Source of the DNA: an uncultured delta proteobacterium
Lineage (GTDB): Bacteria > Myxococcota_A > Polyangia > Polyangiales > JAFGIB01
Assembly: GCA_963778655.1 (NCBI GenBank)
Contig: CAVZVA010000012.1
Span: 192,001-256,000 of the forward strand
Length of the DNA: 64,000 nt
Direction of reading: 5' to 3'
The stretch's first letter is position 1. Each line of letters begins with the position of its first letter. The notes beneath the pieces were generated by a model, which was not told where the DNA came from, searched no databases, and saw only the letters and a program-made list of their open reading frames with translations. The translations under genes and the position numbers were made by a program. Positions 30,005-39,332 of this stretch are shown piece after piece.

Positions 30005-31681
30005 TCAGTCCGTGCCTTGCTCGGCCCCCGCGCTCGCCGCTGGGGGATTGCGGCTCTCGCGTAGCGCCAGGTCGGCGAAGTACTCGTCGAACTTCGCCTG
30101 CGCCTGGTTGCCGAACAAGATGCGGCAGGCTTGCATCAGCCCCGGGGCGTGCTGCACCTCCGGCTTGCGCGCGATCAGCGCGATCTTGCTGCGGCGGCGC
30201 AGGAAGTCTTCGAGCTTGGTCACCATCTCGCGCCGCGCCGCGTAGTACAGCTCGCAGCGCACGTACTCGGTGCCGTGGATCAGCACCTCGGCCATGCTCG
30301 GGTCCTCGCGGATCTCATCGAGTAGGTGCAGCGCCGCGCTGCCGTAGCGCCGCCACAGCCGCGTGCTGAGCGGCTCGGAGGACTCCGCGGCCGTGCGCTC
30401 GTCCAGGCGCATCAGCGCCGCCTGGTGGAAGTACTCCTCGCGCACCTCGGGTGGTGGCTCGCCGTACCAGCGCGCGTCCTTCCAGCGCAGCTCCACGCCG
30501 AGCGCGTGCACGGCCGCGGCCACCTCCTCGCCGACGTTGAGGCAATCGGTCATCTTGCCGCCGAAGATGCTCACGTGCGCCCGCGCCCGGTCGGTCTCCA
30601 CCGCGTGCTTGCGCGAGAGCGCGGTCCAGTCGACGTCGTGCTTGCGCGAGCGCTGCTCGGGGTCGATCACCAGCGGCCGCACGCCGCAGCGTTCGGCGAT
30701 GATGTCGCTTTCGGTCAGCGGCCGCGCGAGCTTGAGCCGGCGGTTGACGTTGTCGAGGATGAAGCGACGATCCTCGGGCGTAACCTGCGGCGGCAGCTCG
30801 GTCACGCGCGTGTCGGTGGTGCCGATGCACGACTTGGGGCCGAGCGGCAGCACGAAGAAAAGCCGCCCGTCGTCCGCGAAGAACGCCAGCACCCGCCGCG
30901 ACGGCGTGATGCGGTCGACGATCAGGTGCACGCCCTTGGAGAACACGTGGTGGTGTCGCGTGTCCACGCCGTCCTGCCGGTTGCGCGCGTCGACCAGCGG
31001 CCCGCAGGCGTTGACCAGCACGCGGGCGCGGATCTCGAGCTCACCCCCGCAGATCACGTCGCGCGCGCGCGCCTGCCACAGCCCGTCGGATCCGCGCTCG
31101 GCGGTCAGCGCCTCAACGTAGTTCGCGACGATCGCGCCGTGGTCGAGCGCGCCGCGGATGAAGCCGAAGACGAAGCGCGCGTCGTTGTCGACCAGATACG
31201 CGTCCGAGTATTCGATGCCGCCCGGGCCGCCGCGTGGATCCACCACCGGCTCCTCGTGCTCGACGTCGGCGCGGCCGAGCAGGCGCGGCGGCCGGGTGAA
31301 GAAGCGCCCGATCGCCCAGTACAGCCACACCCCAACGTAGAGCGTGGCGCGCGAGCGCCGAAAGCCGGGCTCGATGGTGGTGAAGAAGCGGATCTCCTTG
31401 ACCGAGGACGGGTAGGTCTCGATCAGGCGGTTGCGCGAGCTGCACAGCTTGCGCACCAAGCCGAGCTCGCCCGTCTCCAGATACTTGATGCCGCCCCACA
31501 CCATGTTGGAGGACTCCTGGCTGGTGAGGCCCGCGAAGTCGCCCCGGTCGATCAGCGCCACGCGCGCGCCCTGGGCGCTGAGCGCGGCGGCGGAGACCGC
31601 GCCGTTGATGCCGCCGCCCACGATCAGCACGTCGAACAAGCCTTCGCCGAGCTGCCCCAGGTTGTTGTCGCGAAGCCTCAT
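30005..31681 (-). CDS. glpD: FAD-dependent glycerol-3-phosphate dehydrogenase/oxidase family protein
   Basis: IVGGGING, DFAGLTS.ESS.MVWGGIKYL, DNDAR, KGVHL, IGTTD, GVRPL, GGK.T. Confidence 0.82.
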   Translation of the reverse strand: MRLRDNNLGQLGEGLFDVLIVGGGINGAVSAAALSAQGARVALIDRGDFAGLTSQESSNMVWGGIKYLETGELGLVRKLCSSRNRLIETYPSSVKEIRFFTTIEPGFRRSRATLYVGVWLYWAIGRFFTRPPRLLGRADVEHEEPVVDPRGGPGGIEYSDAYLVDNDARFVFGFIRGALDHGAIVANYVEALTAERGSDGLWQARARDVICGGELEIRARVLVNACGPLVDARNRQDGVDTRHHHVFSKGVHLIVDRITPSRRVLAFFADDGRLFFVLPLGPKSCIGTTDTRVTELPPQVTPEDRRFILDNVNRRLKLARPLTESDIIAERCGVRPLVIDPEQRSRKHDVDWTALSRKHAVETDRARAHVSIFGGKMTDCLNVGEEVAAAVHALGVELRWKDARWYGEPPPEVREEYFHQAALMRLDERTAAESSEPLSTRLWRRYGSAALHLLDEIREDPSMAEVLIHGTEYVRCELYYAARREMVTKLEDFLRRRSKIALIARKPEVQHAPGLMQACRILFGNQAQAKFDEYFADLALRESRNPPAASAGAEQGTD

Positions 31682-31793
31682 CCGGGTCGGCAGCGCAAGG
31701 CCTCCGCCCCGCGGCGCGCCGAGAGCATGGGCGCCAGAAGCCCCTTTCGCAACGGCGAACCGCCGCGCATCCGCCCGGAGCGCGCGCGTCCTC

Positions 31794-32951
31794 CTAGAAA
31801 TTCCGCGACTCGTGCTTGGCCCAGCCCGAGTCCATGCAGATCCCGCAGCTGTCGGGTGCGCCATCGAACAGCGCGCAGGCGTTGCCGTCATCGGCCAGGA
31901 AGCAGCGGAACCAGGCCGAGTACAGGCGCTGCATGGCGAGCGAGCCCGGGTCGCGTTGGATGTAGCCGGCGAGTGTCTCGGTGGTGACGTGGTCGCCGTT
32001 CATCCAGTCGGCCAGGAACGCCGGACCGGTCGCCGCCTGATATGACTGCGTGCAGGGACCTTCGACGAAGTCCATCGTGCCGGTCAGGCAGATGAAGGCG
32101 ATGCCCGCCTTGGGCACGCCGCCGCCGGCGACCGAGACCTCGGCTTCGACGTTGGGGTGCTGTGAGCCCGCGGTCGCGCCGATGCCACCCTGCGAGTGCC
32201 CGGCCACGCCCGCGCGCGTGCTCAGCTTCTGATAGAACATGCTGCTCGGGTCGTCGTTCTGCTTGAGCAGCCAGTCGAGGCCCGCCTTGTGGAAGTTGCC
32301 GCTGCCCGCATTGGGGTCCTGCGCGGCCGCGACCACCATGCCCCAGCTCGCGGCGTTGCTGTTGAAGAACGCGTAGGTGGTGGAGTCCGACACGCCGGTG
32401 CCGTTACCCCAGGCGATAATCGGGTGCGGGCAGCTGTCTTCGAGCGGCATGGGATAGAAGATGGTGTACATGCCCGTGCTCTGCCCCGAGTCGACCATGC
32501 CGAGGTCGACGTCCATCATGCCGACCTGGTACGGCCCGGGCTCACCGTAGTTGCCGCTGCCCGCCTGCAAGCAGGTGGTGCCGCCGTGCGGCGTCATCAC
32601 CGTGGTCGGCGTGCTGCCGCCGGCGGCGCCGGGCTGCATCTGCTGCATGCCGCCTGCCGGCATCCCCACGCCGGCCGTGCCGCCCGCTGCAGGCGGCGCC
32701 GCGCCGCCGCCCGTGCCCAGCCCTGCCATCGGTACGCCGCTGCCCAGCGGCGCGCCGCTGGCGCCGCCGGTGGCGCCTTGCGTGCCGTTGCCGCCGAAGC
32801 TGCCGCCGGTGCCCGGGCTGCCGGCACCGGGCTGTCCCACCGTTGCGTTAGCGCCCGGCGCCCCCTGCAGGCTCCCCGGGCTGCTTGCGCTGCAGCCCCC
32901 GAGCCCGCAGGCGATCGCCGTCCAGGCGATGCGCACAACTCTCCCGTTCAT
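31794..32951 (-). CDS. Lipoprotein with Gly-rich linker and C-terminal alpha/beta-hydrolase (cutinase/polyesterase-like)
   Basis: Lipobox LGGC; HPIIAWGNGT; nucleophile elbow GHSQGG; candidate Asp (GTMDF) and His (GDH); AWFRCFL. Confidence 0.8.
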   Translation of the reverse strand: MNGRVVRIAWTAIACGLGGCSASSPGSLQGAPGANATVGQPGAGSPGTGGSFGGNGTQGATGGASGAPLGSGVPMAGLGTGGGAAPPAAGGTAGVGMPAGGMQQMQPGAAGGSTPTTVMTPHGGTTCLQAGSGNYGEPGPYQVGMMDVDLGMVDSGQSTGMYTIFYPMPLEDSCPHPIIAWGNGTGVSDSTTYAFFNSNAASWGMVVAAAQDPNAGSGNFHKAGLDWLLKQNDDPSSMFYQKLSTRAGVAGHSQGGIGATAGSQHPNVEAEVSVAGGGVPKAGIAFICLTGTMDFVEGPCTQSYQAATGPAFLADWMNGDHVTTETLAGYIQRDPGSLAMQRLYSAWFRCFLADDGNACALFDGAPDSCGICMDSGWAKHESRNF

Positions 32952-33179
32952 CTCGCACCTCCACCATGGCCAACGACTGCTCTGCCGACCGGCTCTCGGG
33001 GTGCCGCTCGCGCGCCACCGCCGTTTCCCAGAGCCGCAAGCCAAACCAACCCACCTGCTCACTTGGCTCTAGCGCACGATGTAGGTGCGGAGAAGAGGAA
33101 AAGCTCACCTTTCGCACGGGGTTCTTCCGCTTTGGCCGAGGACGCCCTGGGCTCGGTCCTGCCGGCCGCGCAGGCGCGT

Positions 33180-34898
33180 TCAGCGCGGCGCCGCGACGCC
33201 TGGCAGCGGCGGCAGCCGCGCCTGGGCTGGCGGCGGCACGCCGAGCAACGCCGCCAGGGTGCTCGCGACGCGCCGCGTGTCGACCTGCTCGGTGGAGGCC
33301 GCGCCCGGCGCGACGCCACTGCCGAACATCAGCACCGGCACGTGGGTGTCGTAGTCCCAGGGCGAGCCGTGCGTGGTGCCCGCGCCCTTGGCCATGCCGA
33401 TCTCCGGCACCGCATAGGGCGCCACCACCACGAAGAAGTCCCCGCTGGTCGCAGGATGGATGCTGCGCAGCACGCGCTGCGCGACCGGGTCCGGATCGCC
33501 GCGCAAGGCCTCGAGATCTTCGCAGTCGACCGCGCGCGCGACCCCCGGCCAGGCCGCGAGCGCGCCCTTCACCAGCGCGCGGATGCGCGCGTGCTGCGGG
33601 TGCTCGCGCGCGGCTTGCGACAAGAACACGTACGGCTCCACGTAGCCGAGCACCCAGTTGCCGGGTCCGATCGCGGCGTCGACCGCGTGGTCGAGCGCCT
33701 GCGCCAGCGCGTCGGCGTCGATGCGCGTGGCGCTCGGGTGCGCGGCGTGGCTCTGCTCCGGCAACGGCGCCACGCCATGATCGGAGGTGATCAGCACGGC
33801 GACTCGGGTCTGCGCCTGCAGCCGCTGCACCAGGCGCATCAGCGCGCGGTCGGCGCGGCGCAGATGGTCCGCGTACTCCCACGAGCTGGGGCCGAACACG
33901 TGACCGTCGTAGTCGGTGCCCGAGATCGAGAGCTCGAGCAGGTCGGGCACGTCGTCACGACCCAGCTCGAGCTGCTGCGCTGCGGCATACGCGAGCTCGA
34001 GCATGTACTCGGCCGAGTCCGGCGCCAGCGGCCACAGCTCGTACGGGCGCGGAGTGTCTGCGAAGCGGTGGGGAAAGCTCGGCCCCAGACCCTTGTAGCT
34101 GCCCTCCCCGGGCGCGGCGTCCGGCCCCAGCAGCCGCGCGAGGCGCTCGGGGTCCGACACCTGCCAGCTGACCGCCTCGGGCGCGATCGGGTGCACGTGC
34201 TCGTAGCCGGTCAGCCACGGCGGCAGCTGGCCCGCGTAATAGGTCGAGGTGGTGAAGCCGCGCGCCGCCGCTGCGTACCACAGCACGAGATCGGGATGCT
34301 GGCCCGCGGGCAGGATGGCCGAGCGGTCCTTGAGCGAGAGCGAGACCACCCTGGCGCGGCCGCCGGTCGCCGCCTTCAGCACGTCGGCCACCGTGTCCAC
34401 GCGCAGCACTTCCGGGCCGGCATGCTCGCCAGCCGCGCCCAGCACCTCGTGCGTGCCATCGTCGACCACGCCGCGGCGGGCGCCGCTCCTTCGGTCGACC
34501 ACGTAGTTGGTGGCGATGCCGCTTTGCTCCGGCGCGGCGCCTGAATAGAGCGCGGCGTGACCGGGCGCGGTGAGCGTGGCGGCGTAGGCATAGACCGCCT
34601 GCTCGAAGACGCGGCCGTGTGCGCGTGCGTAGGCCACCGCTCCGTCGGGGGCGAGCAGGGGCTCGAGCCGGTGCAGGGTGTCGCTGCCGAGCTGGTCGAT
34701 GACGACGCTGACCACGAGCTGCGCGCGCGCCGATGCCGGGGGCGCGCTCGCGGCAGCGGCGCGCGCGGCCGTGCGCGGCGCGACCGCCACTGGCGCGCGC
34801 GTGCGCGTGCAGGCGACGGCGGCGAGCAGCGCCAGGCCGACCCCGAGCGCGCTCGGCGCGCGCGGGCGGCGGAAGGTGATGGCTCGGGGATCGGACAC
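33180..34898 (-). CDS. Alkaline phosphatase superfamily (PafA/NPP-like) lipoprotein
   Basis: VIDQL, TAPGHA (Thr nucleophile), SLKDRSAI, DYDGH, TSDHG, THGSPWDYDTHVP. Confidence 0.9.
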   Translation of the reverse strand: MSDPRAITFRRPRAPSALGVGLALLAAVACTRTRAPVAVAPRTAARAAAASAPPASARAQLVVSVVIDQLGSDTLHRLEPLLAPDGAVAYARAHGRVFEQAVYAYAATLTAPGHAALYSGAAPEQSGIATNYVVDRRSGARRGVVDDGTHEVLGAAGEHAGPEVLRVDTVADVLKAATGGRARVVSLSLKDRSAILPAGQHPDLVLWYAAAARGFTTSTYYAGQLPPWLTGYEHVHPIAPEAVSWQVSDPERLARLLGPDAAPGEGSYKGLGPSFPHRFADTPRPYELWPLAPDSAEYMLELAYAAAQQLELGRDDVPDLLELSISGTDYDGHVFGPSSWEYADHLRRADRALMRLVQRLQAQTRVAVLITSDHGVAPLPEQSHAAHPSATRIDADALAQALDHAVDAAIGPGNWVLGYVEPYVFLSQAAREHPQHARIRALVKGALAAWPGVARAVDCEDLEALRGDPDPVAQRVLRSIHPATSGDFFVVVAPYAVPEIGMAKGAGTTHGSPWDYDTHVPVLMFGSGVAPGAASTEQVDTRRVASTLAALLGVPPPAQARLPPLPGVAAPR

Positions 34899-35105
34899 GG
34901 TGCGAGGCTCCCCGCGCGCGGCGCGGGTAGCGCCAGCGTGAACGGGAAGCTCGCCGGGCTCAAGCCGCGCGTGCCTTTGCGGCCGCACCCCCAACCACCG
35001 CGCGCTGCCGGGCAGGCTGGGGCGCGGGTCGGCCTGCGCGACGCGAGCGGCGATCCGCTCGACGCTCGCGTCGTCCCGAGCCCGGCCACGACACGCTCGC
35101 CGAGC

Positions 35106-35882
35106 TCACCTGAGCGGCCCCGCGCGCACGGCGTCGGCCTCGGCGTCGCTGCGCGCGGTGGCCTCGTCGCTCTGGTCGCGCTTGCGCAGCCCGCCTGCGA
35201 ACAGGCGCAGCGCCAGCGCGCCGACCAGCGGGATCGCCATGGCGAAGACCGCCAGCGCCAAACGCAATGCGTCGCGCGCGGGCGGCAGGCTGTCGATCCC
35301 CGCCAGCGCCGCGTTGAAGCTGCCGTGCAGCATGATCGCGATCGCCAGTCCCACCCCCGCGCCCGCCCGGCCGCGATCGAAGCGTCGCCGGGCCCACACG
35401 TAGCCAAACGTGCCTCCTGCCACCAGGTGCATCGGCACGGTCATGTAGGCGCGCAGAAAGAAACGGGTGGAAAACGCGATCAGGTCGGGGGTCTTGAGCA
35501 TCGCCAGCACGTTCTCGACCAGGGCGAAGCCCATCGCGGCGTGCAGCGCGTACAGAAACGCGCCGTAACGGGTGCGAGGCGCGAGCGCGCCGCGCGTGAG
35601 CAGCAGCAGGCAGCACAGCTTGCCCAGCTCCTCGACCGAGGCGGACACGATGTAGGAGTCGCACAGCGAGGCCCAGGTCGGGGGCAGCCGATCGAGCACG
35701 GCGCTCAGCAGGCGTTCGGTCCACGCGATCGGGATCGAGGCCAAGCCCGAGGCGGCGACGATGCGGTAGCGCCAGCCCCGGGTGGGCTCCTTGACCCGGC
35801 GCTCGAAGCGCTCCGCAAACCAGAGCAGCACGAACGGCGGGATCACCCCGGTCATCGCGAGCACGCGGTCGAAGAAGGACAT
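35106..35882 (-). CDS. PrsW-family intramembrane metalloprotease
   Basis: VEELGK, GFALVEN, PMH and HGSFN motifs in a multi-TM protein. Confidence 0.88.
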   Translation of the reverse strand: MSFFDRVLAMTGVIPPFVLLWFAERFERRVKEPTRGWRYRIVAASGLASIPIAWTERLLSAVLDRLPPTWASLCDSYIVSASVEELGKLCCLLLLTRGALAPRTRYGAFLYALHAAMGFALVENVLAMLKTPDLIAFSTRFFLRAYMTVPMHLVAGGTFGYVWARRRFDRGRAGAGVGLAIAIMLHGSFNAALAGIDSLPPARDALRLALAVFAMAIPLVGALALRLFAGGLRKRDQSDEATARSDAEADAVRAGPLR

Positions 35883-35926
35883 CTCGGGCTCAGTCAGGCG
35901 CGGGACGCGTCCTCCATCATCGCACG

Positions 35927-36679
35927 ATGTCGATGCGGTCCGGATCTGGCAAGCTATTCCGGGTGAAGCGCCTGCTGTGGCTCGTGCCCGCCGCCGGGGT
36001 GGCCGTCTGGGGCGGCGCGCTGATCGACTTCGGCCACAAGGACGCTACGCCTCCGGCGCCGGAGGCCCGGGCGGAGCAGGGGGCGCCGCCGGCTGCGCCA
36101 CCCGAGCGCGCGGCGCGCTTGCCGGCGGCTGCGCCGGCCGCCGCGGTGCGGGCAGGTCGGATGCTCGGCTCGCGGGCCGCCGTGTCCAGCGTGCGCACCG
36201 GCGGCGGGCCTGGGGTCGCCGCGCCGCGGCCCGGCCAGGGCTCGGTCGCGGTGATCGGCGCGGCCGAGCAGGGCCGGCGCGGACCCGCGCGCGTCGCTGC
36301 GGCGGCCAGCGCGGCCGCGGCCGAGCCCGATGCGCCGCAGGCCGCGGACACCCGCGAGCTCGGCCAGGGCGTGGGCTCGCCACAGCTGGCGGCGCTCGAG
36401 CACGACTACGTGGAGGAGGCCCGGGATGGACCGTGGGCGCTGGCCGAGGAGCAGCGGGTGCGGGCGCTGTTGCGCGGCCAGCCGCTGGCCCCGGACGTGG
36501 TGCTGGTGCACTGCCAGCAATCGGTGTGCCGCATGGTGTTGCAGACCGACTCCGCCGACGCCTTCCAGCAGCTGCTCCAGGTGCCGGGGCTGAGCGCCGA
36601 GACCGCGCTGGACGGCTCGTCTCCGTTCTCGCTGCACGGCGGCCAGCTCGCCGTGTACTTCCACCCGGCCAAGCATTGA
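35927..36679 (+). CDS. Hypothetical membrane-anchored protein
   Basis: N-terminal TM helix, Ala/Pro-rich linker, C-terminal E.RD..WA...C...C domain; start uncertain. Confidence 0.6.
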   Translation: MSMRSGSGKLFRVKRLLWLVPAAGVAVWGGALIDFGHKDATPPAPEARAEQGAPPAAPPERAARLPAAAPAAAVRAGRMLGSRAAVSSVRTGGGPGVAAPRPGQGSVAVIGAAEQGRRGPARVAAAASAAAAEPDAPQAADTRELGQGVGSPQLAALEHDYVEEARDGPWALAEEQRVRALLRGQPLAPDVVLVHCQQSVCRMVLQTDSADAFQQLLQVPGLSAETALDGSSPFSLHGGQLAVYFHPAKH

Positions 36680-36748
36680 CGGGACGCGATCCGGACGGGC
36701 TTGTGTCCCGCGTCCGCCCGGCCTCGCGCTCATCTGCGGGCCGGCCCC

Positions 36749-37606
36749 TCAGAACTTGGTGTGCGCCCCGAGATCCTCGAACACCGGCTCGCGTTTGTCC
36801 TGCTTGGCCGCGAAGCATTCCAGCATATCGGCTGGCTGGAACATGCCGGTCTGCCAGACCGCCATGTAGCGCAGGCTGTCGGCGATGCTGTGGTCGCGCG
36901 CGTAGTTGAGCATTTCCTTGCTGCCGTAAACCGCCAGCGGTGAGTGCTGCGCGATCTCTCGCGCCACGCCGAGCACGGCTTCCAGCATCTCCGCGTGATT
37001 GGCGTAGACCTCATTGACCAGTCCAACCTCCTTGGCGCGTCTGCTGGGCAGGCGGCGTCCGGTGTAGGCGAGCTCGCGCACCACGCCCGACGGAATCAGG
37101 TGCGGCAGGCGCTGCAGCGTACCGACGTCCGCGGTCATCCCCAGGTTGATCTCCTGGATGCAGAAGAACGCGTCCTCGGTGCAATAGCGCACGTCGCAGG
37201 CGCAGATCATGTCGACGCCGCCTCCGATGCAGCCGCCCTGGATTGCGGCCAGCACTGGCAGGCGCGCCTGCTCCAGCGCGCTGAACGAGTCCTGCAGCTC
37301 GAGCACCGTGCGCTGCACCGCCTCGCGCTGGCGTCCCATCTCGCGCGGTCCCGAGGACGCGCCATCCGCCCTTGCGGCGCCGACGCCGCCGCCGCCGAAC
37401 ACGGCCAGGTCCATACCGGCGGTGAAGTGCTTGCCGCTGGAGCTGAGCACCAGCGCGCGCGCCTTGCCGCTGGCATCGAGCTCGCGTACGGCGTTCGGCA
37501 GCTCGGTCCAGAACGCGCGGATCATGCTGTTGAGCTTGTCCGGGCGATTGAGGCGCAGGTGCGCGACCTTGTCGCGGACTTCGAGATCGAAACAGGTATA
37601 GGGCAT
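36749..37606 (-). CDS. Crotonase / enoyl-CoA hydratase-isomerase family protein
   Basis: LNRPDKLNSM, HFTAGMDL, GGCIGGG, QEINLGMTADVGTLQRLP. Confidence 0.93.
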   Translation of the reverse strand: MPYTCFDLEVRDKVAHLRLNRPDKLNSMIRAFWTELPNAVRELDASGKARALVLSSSGKHFTAGMDLAVFGGGGVGAARADGASSGPREMGRQREAVQRTVLELQDSFSALEQARLPVLAAIQGGCIGGGVDMICACDVRYCTEDAFFCIQEINLGMTADVGTLQRLPHLIPSGVVRELAYTGRRLPSRRAKEVGLVNEVYANHAEMLEAVLGVAREIAQHSPLAVYGSKEMLNYARDHSIADSLRYMAVWQTGMFQPADMLECFAAKQDKREPVFEDLGAHTKF

Positions 37607-37650
37607 CGCGGGTTCTCCCTTCGCGCTCGGCTGCGCGGAGCAAGGGGGCA

Positions 37651-37706
37651 CGGCGGGAAGCACTCTCGGCTTGCGCTCTTCCCGTTTACCCGCCTTCCTG
37701 TTGAAC
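37651..37706. repeat. REP-like palindrome, family D
   Basis: CGGCGGGAAG...CTTCCCGTTTACCCGCCTTCCTGT. Confidence 0.5.
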
Positions 37707-37833
37707 CCTCCTCGGAGCTCATTGGCTGCGAGGAGGGTGTTGGACCTGCGGTGTAAATCGCCCGCCGCGCGTGGGCAAGTCGCGCGGCTGCGGCCGGGTG
37801 GCGATTGTGCTACGAATGGGCGCGAGGTTGGGT

Positions 37834-38391
37834 ATGGCGATTCGCAAGGTTGCGCGGCTGGGCCACCCAGTGCTGCGGCGGCCGACCCGGGAGCTCACGC
37901 AGGCCGAGATACGGTCCGAGCCGGTGCAGCGCCTGGTGGCCGACATGATCGAGACCATGCACGAGTACGGCGGCGTGGGTCTGGCCGCACCCCAGGTCCA
38001 CGAGTCGCTGCGGCTCGCCGTGATCGAGGTCGACGCGCTCAACGAGCGCTATCGCGCCGAGATCTCGCAACCCTTGCTGGTCATCTTCAACGCGCACATC
38101 AGCGTGCTCGACGCGACCGCGCACGGCTTCTGGGAGGGCTGTCTGTCGGTCCCGGGGCTGCGCGGCTACGTCGAGCGCCCGCGCCGGATTCGCGTCGACT
38201 ACCTCGATCACGAGGGGGTGCCCCGCAGCTTGGCGGCCGAGGATTTTCTGGCCACCGTGTTCCAGCACGAGCTCGACCACCTGGACGGCGTGCTCTACGT
38301 GGACAAGATCGCGGACCCGACGCGCTTCGCGCTCATCGAGGAGTACCAGCGCTATCATCTGGACGAAGGCTCGCCGGCAGCGGACGAGTAG
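37834..38391 (+). CDS. def: Peptide deformylase
   Basis: GVGLAAPQ, EGCLS, QHELDHLDG. Confidence 0.96.
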   Translation: MAIRKVARLGHPVLRRPTRELTQAEIRSEPVQRLVADMIETMHEYGGVGLAAPQVHESLRLAVIEVDALNERYRAEISQPLLVIFNAHISVLDATAHGFWEGCLSVPGLRGYVERPRRIRVDYLDHEGVPRSLAAEDFLATVFQHELDHLDGVLYVDKIADPTRFALIEEYQRYHLDEGSPAADE

Positions 38392-38407
38392 GGCGCGACG
38401 GACGGAG

Positions 38408-38473
38408 ATCAAAGGAAGGCGGGAAGCCGGAAAGTGGCGCGATCATCGCCGCCTTCTCGCCTTCCTGTTTCAC
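38408..38473. repeat. REP-like palindrome, family D
   Basis: AAAGGAAGGCGGGAAGCCGG...CCTTCTCGCCTTCCTGT, between convergent genes. Confidence 0.55.
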
Positions 38474-38479
38474 GCGCCT

Positions 38480-39058
38480 TCAGCGTTTGCGCGTGCTTAG
38501 GGTGTGCAAGGTGGTGGAGCCGCCGCAGTACAGGTCGAGTGCGATGGCGGCGTCGACGCCCTTGCGCGCGATCGGCTCCGGGTCGGCGCCCTCGCGGTAC
38601 AGCGCGTGCATCGCGCCGAGCGCGTAGGGCGCGCCCGAGCCGATCGCGTAGTACTGCTGGAACTCGGTCACGCTCATGTCGCAAGCGACGGAGAAGATGC
38701 CGTTGCTGTTGGTGATCAGGAAGGACGCGTCCAGGTCGCCGAACGGCGATTCGTCGTCCGGACGTTGGTCGTTGACGAACGAGTAGCGCTGGTGGAGCTC
38801 CTTCCAGAACACGCGGAAGAAGGCGAAGATGCTGTGCTGGTCGCTCAGGCGTTGCCGCCGCCGGCCGGCCACCAGGTAGTCGTCCATGATGTTGCTGTAC
38901 AGGCCCCAGCCGGTGGTCGCCAGGTACGATGCGCCCACCTTGCGCACCTTGACGTCGGTGAGGTTGGCCTCCGGTACTTCTCCCGAGCCGAACGTGCGCT
39001 TGGTGTCGCACGCGATGACGACGCGCCCTTTGCTCTTGACCGCGACCGCAACCGACAT
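38480..39058 (-). CDS. Ntn-hydrolase, proteasome-beta/HslV/BPH-like subunit
   Basis: MSVAVAVK...IACDT..TFG...KV; YAIGSGAPYALGAM; AAIALD; AGGAG RBS. Confidence 0.8.
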   Translation of the reverse strand: MSVAVAVKSKGRVVIACDTKRTFGSGEVPEANLTDVKVRKVGASYLATTGWGLYSNIMDDYLVAGRRRQRLSDQHSIFAFFRVFWKELHQRYSFVNDQRPDDESPFGDLDASFLITNSNGIFSVACDMSVTEFQQYYAIGSGAPYALGAMHALYREGADPEPIARKGVDAAIALDLYCGGSTTLHTLSTRKR

Positions 39059-39127
39059 CGCTTGCTCCTGGTTCCTGCGTTGGGGGAGGCGGAGCTTAGC
39101 ACAAACTTCCCGCGTGGATTTTCTGGC

Positions 39128-39237
39128 TGTCGGGAGGGGCACGCACCCCTCCCGCCCATCGGCAAAGCCGCTGGGGCCCCACCCTCCCTCTCATAGTCGA
39201 GAGGGGCACGCGTCCCGCGGGGCTCGCTTCGCTCCCG
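39128..39237. repeat. Family-C multi-hairpin element, inverted copy
   Basis: Reverse complement reads GGGAGCGAAGCGAGCCCC...GGGGCCCCAGCGGCTTTGCCGATGGGCGGGAGGGGTGCGTGCCCCTCCCG. Confidence 0.75.
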
Positions 39238-39332
39238 CGCGGCCCGAACCCTGATCGGACTTGCGAGACGGTGTGCTAGTCGCGTTAGACTGGGAAGGTG
39301 GCCGTCTCTGCACGGCCGCGGAACGGCGTAGA

